Source: Diplonema japonicum
Lineage: Eukaryota; Protista; Euglenozoa: Diplonemea
Direction: 5' to 3'
Assembly (NCBI GenBank): GCA_964019335.1
Contig: OZ025683.1
Span: forward strand, 248,001-311,823
Length of the DNA stretch: 63,823 bases
Positions 1-10,134 of the stretch are shown here, in pieces (position 1 is the stretch's first letter; each line of letters starts with the position of its first letter). A program made the position numbers and the translations under genes. The notes beneath the pieces are model-generated. The model was not told where the DNA came from, made no database searches, and was given only the letters and a program-made list of their open reading frames with translations.

Positions 1-376
1 TAACGATATATCACCTTATGTCGGGGGAAGGGGGGGGTTTTTTTTTCTTTCCTTTCTTTTTTTTTTTATCCCACGAAAGATCTGCTCCCCTTTCCCGCCG
101 CTCAGGGAGAAAAAAAAAATCACAGGGCGGAATTTTTCCCCCGGGGAAAAAAAAAAAAAAAAAAAAAAAAAAGAACGGGGAGGAACAAAAGCCGTTGTTT
201 TGTACTGCGGTGCATTTTTTTTTTTTTTTTTTTGCTCTCGTTTTTTTTTTTTTTTTCTTCTTTTTTTTTTCATATAAACACAACACACAATGCACTAACA
301 GGTGGGCGGCATAAAAGGTGCTCTTGGAACACATAGCACCTAAGGAGCCGGGAGAAAAAAAAAAAAAGAGAAAACA

Positions 377-3010
377 ATGGAGACCGAAGACCAAGCGGCA
401 GTCAAGATGCAGTCTATGTTTCGTGGGCACGCAGCGCGGAAAAGAGCCGATGTCATTAAACACGACACTGCAAGGAAGAAGGTATGAGAAGGGTTTTTTT
501 TTTTGTGTTTTATTTTTTTGACAGGTGCAGCAATATCTTCAGCGCAATAATATTCACGGCCTGCTCCAGCATCTCATGTGTCTCCTCACCCACATCCGCC
601 CCGAGGATCCTAAAGTATTCCTCCTTCAGGAAATAGAACGATTGGCAAATAAGTATGTATACACAATTTTTCCAAGAGAATGGTAATTCCTCCCAGATTT
701 CCCCGGCTTTTTTTTAGCGGCCTTTTGTCTTCTTTCCCAGCATGATGATGACCTCTTAACTGCTGGAGTGCTTGCACCTTGATAGCCACAGCTAACGGAC
801 ATGTAACTTTCTAAAATGGAGTTACCACTGACTCTTGCACAAAGTTTTCTTCCCCAGCCCCTTCCACTTACACAGACTAGATGATGATGACCTTTTAACT
901 GCTGGAGTGTTTTTGCACGCTGATAGCCACAGCTAACGGACATGTAACTTTCTAAAATGGAGTTACCACTGATATTCAATGCATTGTGTTCCAAAGAAGC
1001 AAAATAAAAAAGAAAATTCCCCCAAGGCGAACCAAAAAAAAAAAAAAAAAAAAAATAATTCTTTATGACTATATGTCTTTGTTGTTCGCACGAGCAAAAA
1101 AGGTTTTTTAAAAAGCTGCGAAAGTTTTTTGCTCGGCACAAGTTGCATGTAGTTATAAATTATTTTTTGAAAGATAAATATTTGTAACAAAAAAAAAAAT
1201 CGAGAATTTTTCAGTGCTCGCTATTTCCGTTCCAACGTGGTAAATTTACGTAAATTAAATTCCAAGAAAGGTACCGGCTCTCCCTCCCACCAGGTTTCCC
1301 AGCATGATGATAACCTCTTAACTGCTGGAGTGCTTGCACACTGATAGCCACAGCTAACGGACATGTAACTTTCTAAAATGGAGTTACCACTGACTTGGAC
1401 TTCTTTCCCTACCCCTACCACCCGCGGCCATGCACACAGACTAGATGATGATGACCTTTTAACTGCTGGAGTGTTTGCACGCTGATAGCCACAGCTAACG
1501 GACATGTAACTTTCTAAAATGGAGTTACCACTGATATTCAATGCATTGTGTTCCAAAGGAAAAAAAAAAAAAAAAAAAAACCCCATAACAAAACAAGAAA
1601 AAGCCGAAATTTCTCCACGCTCCAATTGGGTCGAATTACGTGAGTTAAATTCCTGGTTTTTGTCTTTCGAGATTACAATTCCCAGCATGATGATGACCTC
1701 TTAACTGCTGGAGTGCTTGCACCTTGATAGCCACAGCTAACGGACATGTAACTTTCTAAAATGGAGTTACCACTGACTTGGGATTAAGATGAGCTCAGCA
1801 GCATGGCTGCAGCGGACCACATATGTGTGCATTCTTGCATGATGATGAAACCTTTACTGCTGGAGTGTTTTTGCACGCTGATAGCCACAGCTAACGGACA
1901 TGTAACTTTCTAAAATGGAGTTACCACTGATATTCAATGCATTGTGTTCCAAAGAAACCCCCCCCCCCCCCCCCCCCCCCCCCACGGCATCGAGAATTTT
2001 TCAGTGCTCACTATTTACGTGCCCCAACTGAAATTTTAGAATTCCAAGAAAGGTACCGGCTCTCCCTCCCACCAGGTTTCCCAGCATGATGATGAAACCT
2101 TAACTGCTGGAGTGCTTGCACACTGATAGCCACAGCTAACGGACATGTAACTTTCTAAAATGGAGTTACCACTGACTTGGACTTCTTTCCCTACCCCTAC
2201 CACCCGCGGCCATGCACACAGACTAGATGATGATGACCTTTTAACTGCTGGAGTGCTTGCACACTGATAGCCACAGCTAACGGACATGTAACTTTCTAAA
2301 ATGGAGTTACCACTGATTCTCTAACTTTTTTCTTTTGGGTCTTTTTGACTTGTAAAAAAAAGGGAAACGTTGACTATGTGTTAAACTTCTCCAGGTATCT
2401 GCCCCCCGGCACGTACAAACAACGACCATTCCGTTTCTCCTTTTTTTCGCGGGCCGTTGCTAACCACTTCGTTCCTATCATAGTGAATTTCTTTTTTTCG
2501 GTACTGGACCTTTTAACACCTGGATGCTGCCAAATATTTCGTGCCACTGATCCGGGAGGAAAAAAAAAAGGGGGATATGATGATGAAACCTTAACTGCTG
2601 GAGTGTTTACACGCTGATAGCCACAGCTAACGGACATGTAACTTTCTAAAATGGAGTTACCACTGATTCTTCCTTTTTCTCCTCGGAACCTTTTGCCAAG
2701 ATAAAAAGAGAAGAAGAAAAAAAAAAGAAAAAAAAAAAACGCCCTATAATAAATTTTGTCTTCACCTTCAACGCCACACAACCACAGGCAAGAGACAGAT
2801 CTGGTCCTAGAGGAAGACTTGGACACTATGTACGACATGGTGGACATCACCCGACAAGGGTACGTGACGGGGGTGCAGCTAAAGCATGCCAGTGTGAACC
2901 TGTCTGCTGAGGTGGCTACCAAAATAGAAGCAAACCGAAAATACGACAGAAAAGAGTTCAAAGAGACACTGGGCAGGGGGCTCCAAACAGTTAACACTTG
3001 GGTAAAGTGA
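377..3010 (+). CDS. IQ motif + Dpy-30/RIIa-type dimerisation/docking (DD) domain + EF-hand protein, EFCAB10-like; exons 377-481, 525-652, 2788-3010
   Basis: Exon 1 METEDQAAVKMQSMFRGHAARK (IQ); exon 2 VQQYLQRNNIHGLLQHLMCLLTHIRPEDPKVFLLQEIERL (DD); exon 3 EDLDTMYDMVDITRQGYVT (EF-hand-like). GT-AG introns 482-524 and 653-2787 join the exons in frame (AA|G = Lys). Confidence 0.8.
1057..1188. mobile_element. ~130-bp interspersed element inserted in a poly(A) tract
   Basis: Reverse-complement copy at 11703-11822; the paralogous spacer at 28746-28775 lacks it (empty site). Confidence 0.7.
2449..2490. repeat. 42-bp dispersed repeat embedded in T tracts
   Basis: GCGGGCCGTTGCTAACCACTTCGTTCCTATCATAGTGAATTT is identical at 35271-35312. 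Confidence 0.75.
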
Positions 3011-3107
3011 CCTCCCCCCTTCATCCTGCTTCTGTGTATTACACCTTTTTTGGAGAGAAAAAAAACCCCCCCCTGCCATATAAGCCATTACCCTATTAGG
3101 AGCCCAT

Positions 3108-4535
3108 ATGTCGGTGCGCACGCCTTCTGTGATCTCTGTGTCCATGAGCGCCCTTGCGGGTGGCTCCGAGAGAGCAACATCTGTGGCCGACTCAAGAAAC
3201 ACTGCAGAAGGATATATTGTTAGCAGAAAGGGCAGTGTGATGTCGGGGGTGTCCGGGGGGTCGGTGGTGCTGCAGAAGGAGTTATCGGAACACATATCGG
3301 AGTTATCTTCTACGTGTGGAAACGAATTAGCTGAGGAAGGGGGGGAGGAGGGGGGGGAGGAGGAGTACTTCCATGAGAACTCCTCCCTCCCTGGTGATGG
3401 GAACGTGGACGCCCTCGAGGATGTGGGGCTGAGCCCTTTAGTGCGCAGCCAGCAGTCGTCCTGCAGCATAGCAGGTTCGGTCGGAATGGCACCCATCCAT
3501 GCCCCGCCATCCACAGAAGTTGAGACGCAGTCCATGCAGTCCATCCGGTCCATCCACAGCGCCTACGCGGAACCTTTCCTTGACGACAGGAAGAGCACCG
3601 CCTCTGTCGCACCCAGCCTCAGCGAGCATTATCAGGAACCCACTGCAGCTGCAAGCATTGTATCTATGCCTGCTCCTGTGTCCATGCCTGTTCCTGTGTC
3701 CATATCCATGGGGCAGGTTGGGGAGGACACGAAAGATGAGGTGATTCGAAGGCTGCGTGAGGAGCTGGCGGCGAAGCAGAATGTAGACGAGCGAGTAGCG
3801 CTGCTGCAGCGGGAGCTGGAGGACAGGGACGAGAGGATCACGTCGATGGAGGACGCGCTGGTGGTGAACAGGCAGAACGACGAGCTGCAGAAGCTGAGGA
3901 TCGAACAGCTGGAAGAGACCATCAGAACGATGAAGATGTCGGCCACAGCCGGAAATAGCAAACCTGCCCACACCCCTGTCATTGCCCCGACACAAAGCAA
4001 ATCTGTATCCACCGTCACCGCAGCCCCTTCAGCACCAGTAGCAGCACCCATAGGGCGTACACCCGTGCCATCACCATCCCCATCACCGTCGCCAGCCCCG
4101 TCAAGAATGCCATCGGCAGTGTCGGGGTACGGGTCAAGTGGTCAGGTGAAACGAGTGATGCTGCAGGGGAAAGGATCGCAGCCACAACAAGTTAAAAAGG
4201 TGGGCTCGGTGGATACGGTGACGGGGTTGAAACAACAGCTGCACAAGGCTCACGAGGCCATATTGGCAACAACAGGCGACCCTTTTGAGGAAGCGGTTCA
4301 GTCAGCTGTGGAGCAAGTCTTTGACAGGAATTCGCCTCCCCGTTCACGGCTGACCGTCTCGGAGCAGATCGCCATGGCTGCCCTTGCTAGGCACAACGTC
4401 TCACCTGCTACCTTACCGTCGCACCAAACTTCGACAACTTACCCTGTTAACTATCCACTGTCTCCATGGAGGGACAGGCATGCACCCGCACCAAAAGCCT
4501 CTTATTTCCTACCTTGCACAGGAATGGGTCTTTGA
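3108..4535 (+). CDS. Hypothetical Ser/Pro-rich protein with central coiled coil
   Basis: 475-aa ORF free of homopolymers; heptad-like segment EVIRRLREELAAKQ...LRIEQLEETIR. Confidence 0.75.
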   Translation: MSVRTPSVISVSMSALAGGSERATSVADSRNTAEGYIVSRKGSVMSGVSGGSVVLQKELSEHISELSSTCGNELAEEGGEEGGEEEYFHENSSLPGDGNVDALEDVGLSPLVRSQQSSCSIAGSVGMAPIHAPPSTEVETQSMQSIRSIHSAYAEPFLDDRKSTASVAPSLSEHYQEPTAAASIVSMPAPVSMPVPVSISMGQVGEDTKDEVIRRLREELAAKQNVDERVALLQRELEDRDERITSMEDALVVNRQNDELQKLRIEQLEETIRTMKMSATAGNSKPAHTPVIAPTQSKSVSTVTAAPSAPVAAPIGRTPVPSPSPSPSPAPSRMPSAVSGYGSSGQVKRVMLQGKGSQPQQVKKVGSVDTVTGLKQQLHKAHEAILATTGDPFEEAVQSAVEQVFDRNSPPRSRLTVSEQIAMAALARHNVSPATLPSHQTSTTYPVNYPLSPWRDRHAPAPKASYFLPCTGMGL

Positions 4536-4676
4536 GGAGCTCTTTTTGTATTTTTTTTTTCCCTGTAGATTTTCATATTTTTCTTTTGTTGTACACTTTT
4601 TTATTTATTTATTTTCCCTGCCACAAATTGGGGGGGGGGGGAGAAAATAAAAAAGGTGGTGAATAGGACAAAAAAA

Positions 4677-4900
4677 ATGGGAGGGTCTAAACGAAAATGG
4701 GCAAGCCTTGACTCTACCAAAACTGTATGAAAAAAAAAGCATTGAAAACAACATAATAATAAATAACAATGAAGGTGTCGCCGCACTCGTTGGGCACGGG
4801 TCATATCCACAACAACACACTGCCTGATTATACAAACCAACTTTTGTCCGATCCCGTGGCTTCTTCTGACGTCAGCTTGAGTGGGGTCCACACATATTGA
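4677..4900 (+). CDS. Possible 57-aa protein, exons 4677-4724 and 4775-4900
   Basis: ATG after an A run; GTATGA...GAAG intron joins in frame MGGSKRKWASLDSTKT|VSPHSLG...GVHTY*. No recognisable family. Confidence 0.3.
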
Positions 4901-4914
4901 ATCTACACAGATTT

Positions 4915-4954
<40 letters not shown>

Positions 4955-5074
4955 GTTACACAGAAAAAATACTGTTTTGTTTTGTTCGGGAGGTTTTTTT
5001 TTTTCTTTTATTCACACTCCGAAAACGGGGGGGAAAAAAAGCAAAAAAAAAAAAAAAACAAGAAAAAAAAAAAA

Positions 5075-5941
5075 ATGGAGCCGTACTACGTGACATTGGC
5101 ATGCAAGAGCAATCATTTTCCGAGCAACAAACAGAAGGCAAATAATATCACAGCAAGGTGTGTTGTTCTCTTTATTTAAAAAAAAAAAAGGACACTTGTC
5201 ATGGAAGATGTGAGATGCAGAAACCCCTATTTACTATTTGTACCTTGCGGCGACGCCGAAGAAATTGAACAAGATACCTATTTCGTGCCGAAGCGGACGT
5301 GGCAGGTCGAAGTTGATTCATCGCTGGAGAAGGTGCGCCTTCGGAAAGAACTGAGCAAAGGTTTTTTGGACCAAGAGAATATGTTTTCGCTTACACATGT
5401 AGTCACGCAATTCGCGGACAAGTTCAAAAGGCTGTCGGAGCAGGGGTTGAAAGGGTTGTTTTTGGAACTAGATGTCAGCAGTGCCGCGCTCACCTCAAAA
5501 CTGCTTCATTTTCTGTTGGAACCGAAAAATGGGGAATACATCGACTACTTTGATTTTATGAACATCATCTGCGAATTCGTGTCAGGGAACACCCTCACAG
5601 ACGACAACTCCACAGAACGCTGGCGGGCAACCGTCAAAAGTTGCTACGAGCTTTTCGATCCTGCTGAAAGTACCCGAGGCTACATTGCCATTCGCGATTT
5701 GAAGCTGGAAAAAGGACGTTCCCAGCTCGCACCAATTACCCACACCGCATACACCTTCCCCATGTTGAAATGCTTGCTTGACTTTGCAGCCCACAATAAG
5801 CTCACCCAGGTAATCACGCTTGAGTCCCTCCAAGAAGCCTGGACCACCAACCCCAGCATCGTCCTCGGCTTTTCCGAAGAAATCTTCCGGGTCATTCTTA
5901 CTGATAAATATGGCATGCGGAGGGCGGCTCTTTACAAGTGA
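5075..5941 (+). CDS. EF-hand-like (calcineurin-B/recoverin-like) hypothetical protein; exons 5075-5157, 5191-5941
   Basis: 33-nt GT...AAG intron restores frame; degenerate EF loops NGEYIDYFDF and YELFDPAESTRGYI. Confidence 0.65.
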
Positions 5942-5943
5942 AG

Positions 5944-5987
<44 letters not shown>

Positions 5988-6210
5988 CCATATTACGAAA
6001 TTGTACCCTATTCTTTTTTTTTTTTTTTTTATTCCTCTGAGAAAAAAAAGAAACAGAAAAACAAAAAAAAAAAAATCCCCCTCTGCTTCTGCGGAGTGGT
6101 GGTGATGTAGAACACGCAAACACGAAAAAAAAATTGCTTTATTCCCCCCCCCCCCTTTCACCCCTTTCCAAAAAAAAAAAAATTCCATCTCCAGGAATGA
6201 AGCTAGCACC

Positions 6211-7716
6211 ATGAGCATGATGCCGAAACCGCCTGCGAGGAGGAGGCATGTTCAAGGGACCTTGCCAGATATGGTGCAACGGCTGGGGTGCAAGTCATGG
6301 TGTGTTGTAGGCCATGAGGGGGATGAAGGGGTTCTCGCAGTGACCGAGGAGTACGTGGTACTGTGCCAGGGGAAGGGCGAGGTATTACGATGGATCAGAA
6401 GGAGGGACATCAAGACCGTTGTAATGACCAGACAAGGAGGCCTCACCATCACCCCGAGCGACGTATCGGATGACTCAACCAAGCTGGAAGTAGATTTCAG
6501 GCGTTACTCACGCGGGGAAGGCGACCCCCTGTACAAAATCTATCAGGAGATCACTTCACACACGACGGCAGCTCAATTTCCTAAGAAGCGCAACCGAAGA
6601 CAGCAGAGCAGACCCAGCACCCCAGACCCATACACATTAATCGCTGACTGGGCAAAAAATGTAGAACCCCAAGAACAACCCCTACCATTAAAGGCAACCG
6701 AGGTCACTACCCACCACCCTGTAAAAAAACCCAGCACCGTATCTGCACCACAGCTCAAAGTGATTGAACAGGCACTGCGGAATTTTCCAGTGTCCAGACC
6801 GGAAACACAATGTAAAATGGAAGAAGTAGAGGAGGAGCTACTAGTAGTGGAGGAAACATTGCACACCTCACCGGTATGCAGTGACGGGTTGCGAGAGATG
6901 GAGCAGGCTCTGCGTTCGGAGATGGAACAGACTCGCGAGGACGTCAGAGCGAAGATGATGATGGTGGTGGGGGCAGGACAGAGGAACCGCCAAGACGAAC
7001 TGAGAGTGGTGGAGGAAGCCTTGCATACCACACCCACATCGGGAACTGAACTAAAAGTAGTGGAGGAAGCCCTGCATACTACATTGGCACCCGTAGAGTG
7101 CAGAGAGAAATCGATGGGAGCCGAACTAAGAGTGGTGGAGGAAACATTGCATACCACACCTGCATCGGTGTACAGTACTGAAAAATCAATGGGAACTGAA
7201 CTAAGAGTGGTGGAGGAAGCATTGCATACCACACCTGCATCGGCTTTTAGTACCTTGCCCAGAGCGTTGACGCCAGCAAGCAGTGATGGAAGAAGGGAGG
7301 GTTCCTCCCACCCGGTGGTGACAATACGGAAAGGGAAGCTAAGTGAGCCCTCTCAGCACTCCCTGCAGAACTTGCGGCCTTCGAGCGGTCCTTGGGACAC
7401 GCCCCCCATCAACCCTGTGAGGCGTTGCAGCACGCCGTGGGCACAAGGTGATGATGACAGCGACGAGACAACCTACGCTTCCTCATCGACATCTGCCTCT
7501 TCGAGAGCGCCCCCCGCACCCCCACCTTCTTCCGAGGACCCCTCCTGGCCTTACCACACCCTGTCTCAAACCTCCCTTTCAAGCACCCGTCCGAGCAAAA
7601 AACCACCTCCTAGAAGAATCCCCTCGCGAACACCATCTGTCTCGTCGTGGCCCTATGGTACGAGCCCCTTCGAGGCCATCCCAACGCCCTATGGGAGCAG
7701 GGTGGTGTATCCTTAG
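6211..7716 (+). CDS. Hypothetical protein with PH-like N-terminus and ELRVVEEALHTTP repeats
   Basis: 501-aa ORF; beta-rich N-terminus (VLAVTEEYVVLC...LRWI); 5-6 imperfect repeats; Ser/Pro tail. Confidence 0.75.
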   Translation: MSMMPKPPARRRHVQGTLPDMVQRLGCKSWCVVGHEGDEGVLAVTEEYVVLCQGKGEVLRWIRRRDIKTVVMTRQGGLTITPSDVSDDSTKLEVDFRRYSRGEGDPLYKIYQEITSHTTAAQFPKKRNRRQQSRPSTPDPYTLIADWAKNVEPQEQPLPLKATEVTTHHPVKKPSTVSAPQLKVIEQALRNFPVSRPETQCKMEEVEEELLVVEETLHTSPVCSDGLREMEQALRSEMEQTREDVRAKMMMVVGAGQRNRQDELRVVEEALHTTPTSGTELKVVEEALHTTLAPVECREKSMGAELRVVEETLHTTPASVYSTEKSMGTELRVVEEALHTTPASAFSTLPRALTPASSDGRREGSSHPVVTIRKGKLSEPSQHSLQNLRPSSGPWDTPPINPVRRCSTPWAQGDDDSDETTYASSSTSASSRAPPAPPPSSEDPSWPYHTLSQTSLSSTRPSKKPPPRRIPSRTPSVSSWPYGTSPFEAIPTPYGSRVVYP

Positions 7717-7826
7717 ATTAAAATTTTTTTTTTTGTAATTTTCCTTTTTTATTTTTATTTCTCGCATCTTTTGTTGTTGCTCTCTTAAATTCACATTCAG
7801 AGGGAGAGAGGGGGAGGTGGGGGGAA

Positions 7827-9727
7827 ATGTCGAAATTCAAAGAACGGTTCAAGGATAAGATATCTGTCGTAGGCAGGGACGGGGTGCACATAAATGTCAG
7901 CACAGGCGAAGCGGTCGACAGGCAAGGGCAGCCGCAGCACCATACTGGGGGGAATGGGAACGGAGGGAAGGGGTACAGCGCGGTGCCGAAGGAGGTCTCG
8001 CCGAAGATGCAGAACGTAGATGTTGAAGAAATGCTCAGAGACAGCACACCGTCGCCACAGATGACGGACGCAGAGTGGCTGCAACAGGCGGAGGCTGCAA
8101 CGAAGCAGCAACTGCTCGCCCTACAAAAACAGTTGGGTGTGGCACAAAAGGCACCCAGTCTATCACCTGCGACAACCCCCGTATCATGCGATGATCCTTC
8201 CGAAAAGCCCCACGCGCACGTACAACACGGTCGACGGAGGGACGTTGCCACCGTTCCCCCGACAGCTCTACCAAAAAAAATCGATAAAACCCCCAAACAG
8301 CCACAGCCTCCTCAGCCTGCGGGTGTTAAGTACGGTCGGCGATCGGAACCAACTTCGCATCCACAACAACAACAACAACAACTACAGCAGCATCAGCAAC
8401 AGCAGCAACAACCTCCCACGTCAGAACGGTCTTATGTGCCTTACACTCTGTCTGACTACAAACTGATAAACCAGCCAGTTAAGCTAGGCGGACTTGGTGC
8501 GGAAGACAATGAAGACAAGAAGTTTCTTCGCCAGCAAAAGGAGCTCGCCAAGCAGTACGCCGCGTCAGTTAAAACGGTAAACCAAGCCAGCACTGCTGCT
8601 GGTGTTGCCTCCAAAGGTCGCCCACCCGTAGCCAAGCAACCCACGACACAGCAGAAGGCTGCAGCAGAGCGGCGAGCGAAGGCACTGCAGTTTGCATCCA
8701 AGGTGCCCAAGCCCAAGACAGTCCCTCCCAAACCTGCGGAATCCCTTCCTTTGCCAAGGATCCCAACAGCCGCAGAAAGTGAGATACTGGCTTTGGAAGA
8801 CCAGCACATAAAGGATATGGTATGGGTTTGGAAGAAATAGCTATTTACTGCCAACAAGTAATGACTTTACCGTTACCTCGAGGTTCCGCATTTTACCGTC
8901 GAGGGCCCGCAGGGCCCGAGATGGTAAAATGCGGAACCGAGTGGTCGGTAAAGCATTACTTGGCGGTAGGTAAGTGGTTTTATTTCACGACACTCTGAAA
9001 TTACTTCACCACGAGGGGCACAACAGGGTGACAAGGGGTACAACAAGAGAGGGGTTACAAAGGTTACAATACAAGTTGTTTTTCCTTTTGTTGACTAAGA
9101 GCTGCCGCTGTCGCTGGCATTGCCACTGTCACCATCTCTAATCAAGCCTTCCCATACCTAGCGCGGCCGCTGGCTCCTTTTTTTCTGCTGCTTCGGTATT
9201 TTGAAGTCTTTTGGGGTGCTTGGGTAAGCTGACTAAGTTACCCTTACCCACAGAAGAGCTACCCACAGAAACTGGGAACAAGGCCAAGCCAAAAGTGGGC
9301 AAATTGGGAGGAAAAAGTAGTCCAACTTGGAACTGAGCCGAGGCAAAAGCTTTCACTGCTGTTTTTTTTCACGCGGGTCAGCCTTTTTGGGGATTTTTCT
9401 AAGGTAATATGGGGTTGCTATTTCGCCGTGGCATTTAGAGGAGTGAGTGACTAGGGGAAGTAAGGCACTTATTCCCACTTTTAAGGGCTGGAATGGCCTC
9501 AGATGGCCAAAAATAGTCAAAATACGCCCACCCCAAAAAAGTTTTTCAAGGGGTTGGGTGCATTTTTTTCCACGGCGAGACTCATTTTTCCACTCTAAAG
9601 GGCCATTATTTAACTGCAAAATCTCATTATTTAACTAGTTAAATAATGGCGATTTCGCGTTAAATAATGGCCATTTCGCGTTAAATAATGAGGCCCCTAG
9701 TGAGTGAAGAAAATGACGAAGAGTGAA

Positions 9728-9763
<36 letters not shown>

Positions 9764-9804
9764 AGAAAGCGGTTGCCGAGATCAAAAAGAACCTCGGGCT
9801 CTAG
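7827..9804 (+). CDS. Jhy-like (C11orf63-type) putative ciliary protein; exons 7827-8819, 9766-9804
   Basis: YVPYTLSDYK...VKLGGLG, ALQFASKVPKP and ALEDQH motifs resemble the Jhy domain. GTATGG donor at 8820 and poly(A)-CAG acceptor at 9765 give the C-terminus KAVAEIKKNLGL*. Confidence 0.65.
8835..9731. mobile_element. Non-autonomous element (Crypton/DIRS-like architecture), copy 1, intronic
   Basis: Starts AAATAGCTATTT; ~135-nt imperfect hairpin 8841-8973; second inverted-repeat pair TTATTTCAC...GTGAAATAA; ~500 bp shared with 10135-10801. Confidence 0.75.
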
Positions 9805-10134
9805 GGAGTTGATGGATAAAAAGAGAGGAAGAGAGAGAGAGAAAAAAAAAAAGTACTCTGTCCCCTCAGTAGCAATACTGAAATCAAAAAGAATTAAAGT
9901 GGGGGGGGGGTTGGTATATTTAGCGCAAGAACGAAGAAACAAAAAAAAACCTTTTGTTTTTGTCGAATATGCCCACCACCACCCCCTTCTGTTCTTTTTT
10001 TTTTTTTGTTTGTCCCCCTTCCCCATTCCTTTCCATCTTTTTTTTTTTTATATATCTGTCTATGTGTTTTACTCTTCCCGCCCACCCCTCAGTTATTGTG
10101 TTTACCCCGCCCCTCTCTTCAACCAACAAAAAAC

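Larger units (their letters stand above)
742..2666 (+). ncRNA. Tandem array 1 of a box C/D snoRNA-like RNA, 9 copies, intronic
   Basis: Units at 742-831, 881-972, 1304-1393, 1445-1534, 1687-1776, 1839-1930, 2086-2175, 2227-2316, 2577-2666. Each starts ATGATGA (box C), ends CTGA (box D) and has an internal CTGA/TTGA. Invariant 3' half TGATAGCCACAGCTAACGGACATGTAACTTTCTAAAATGGAGTTACCACTGA. Confidence 0.8.

Noticed and set aside
832-880. Spacers as single-hairpin H/ACA-like RNAs (AGA box near the 3' end)
   Set aside because: About 50 nt and pyrimidine-rich, with no foldable hairpin.
626-2287. Repetitive minus-strand ORFs (SGNSILESYMSVSCGYQ...)
   Set aside because: Antisense translation of the RNA repeat; indels among copies break the frame.
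2501-2550. Possible tenth, degenerate C/D unit (GACCTTTTAAC...CCACTGA)
   Set aside because: No box C and the invariant core is absent; may be a relic or chance.
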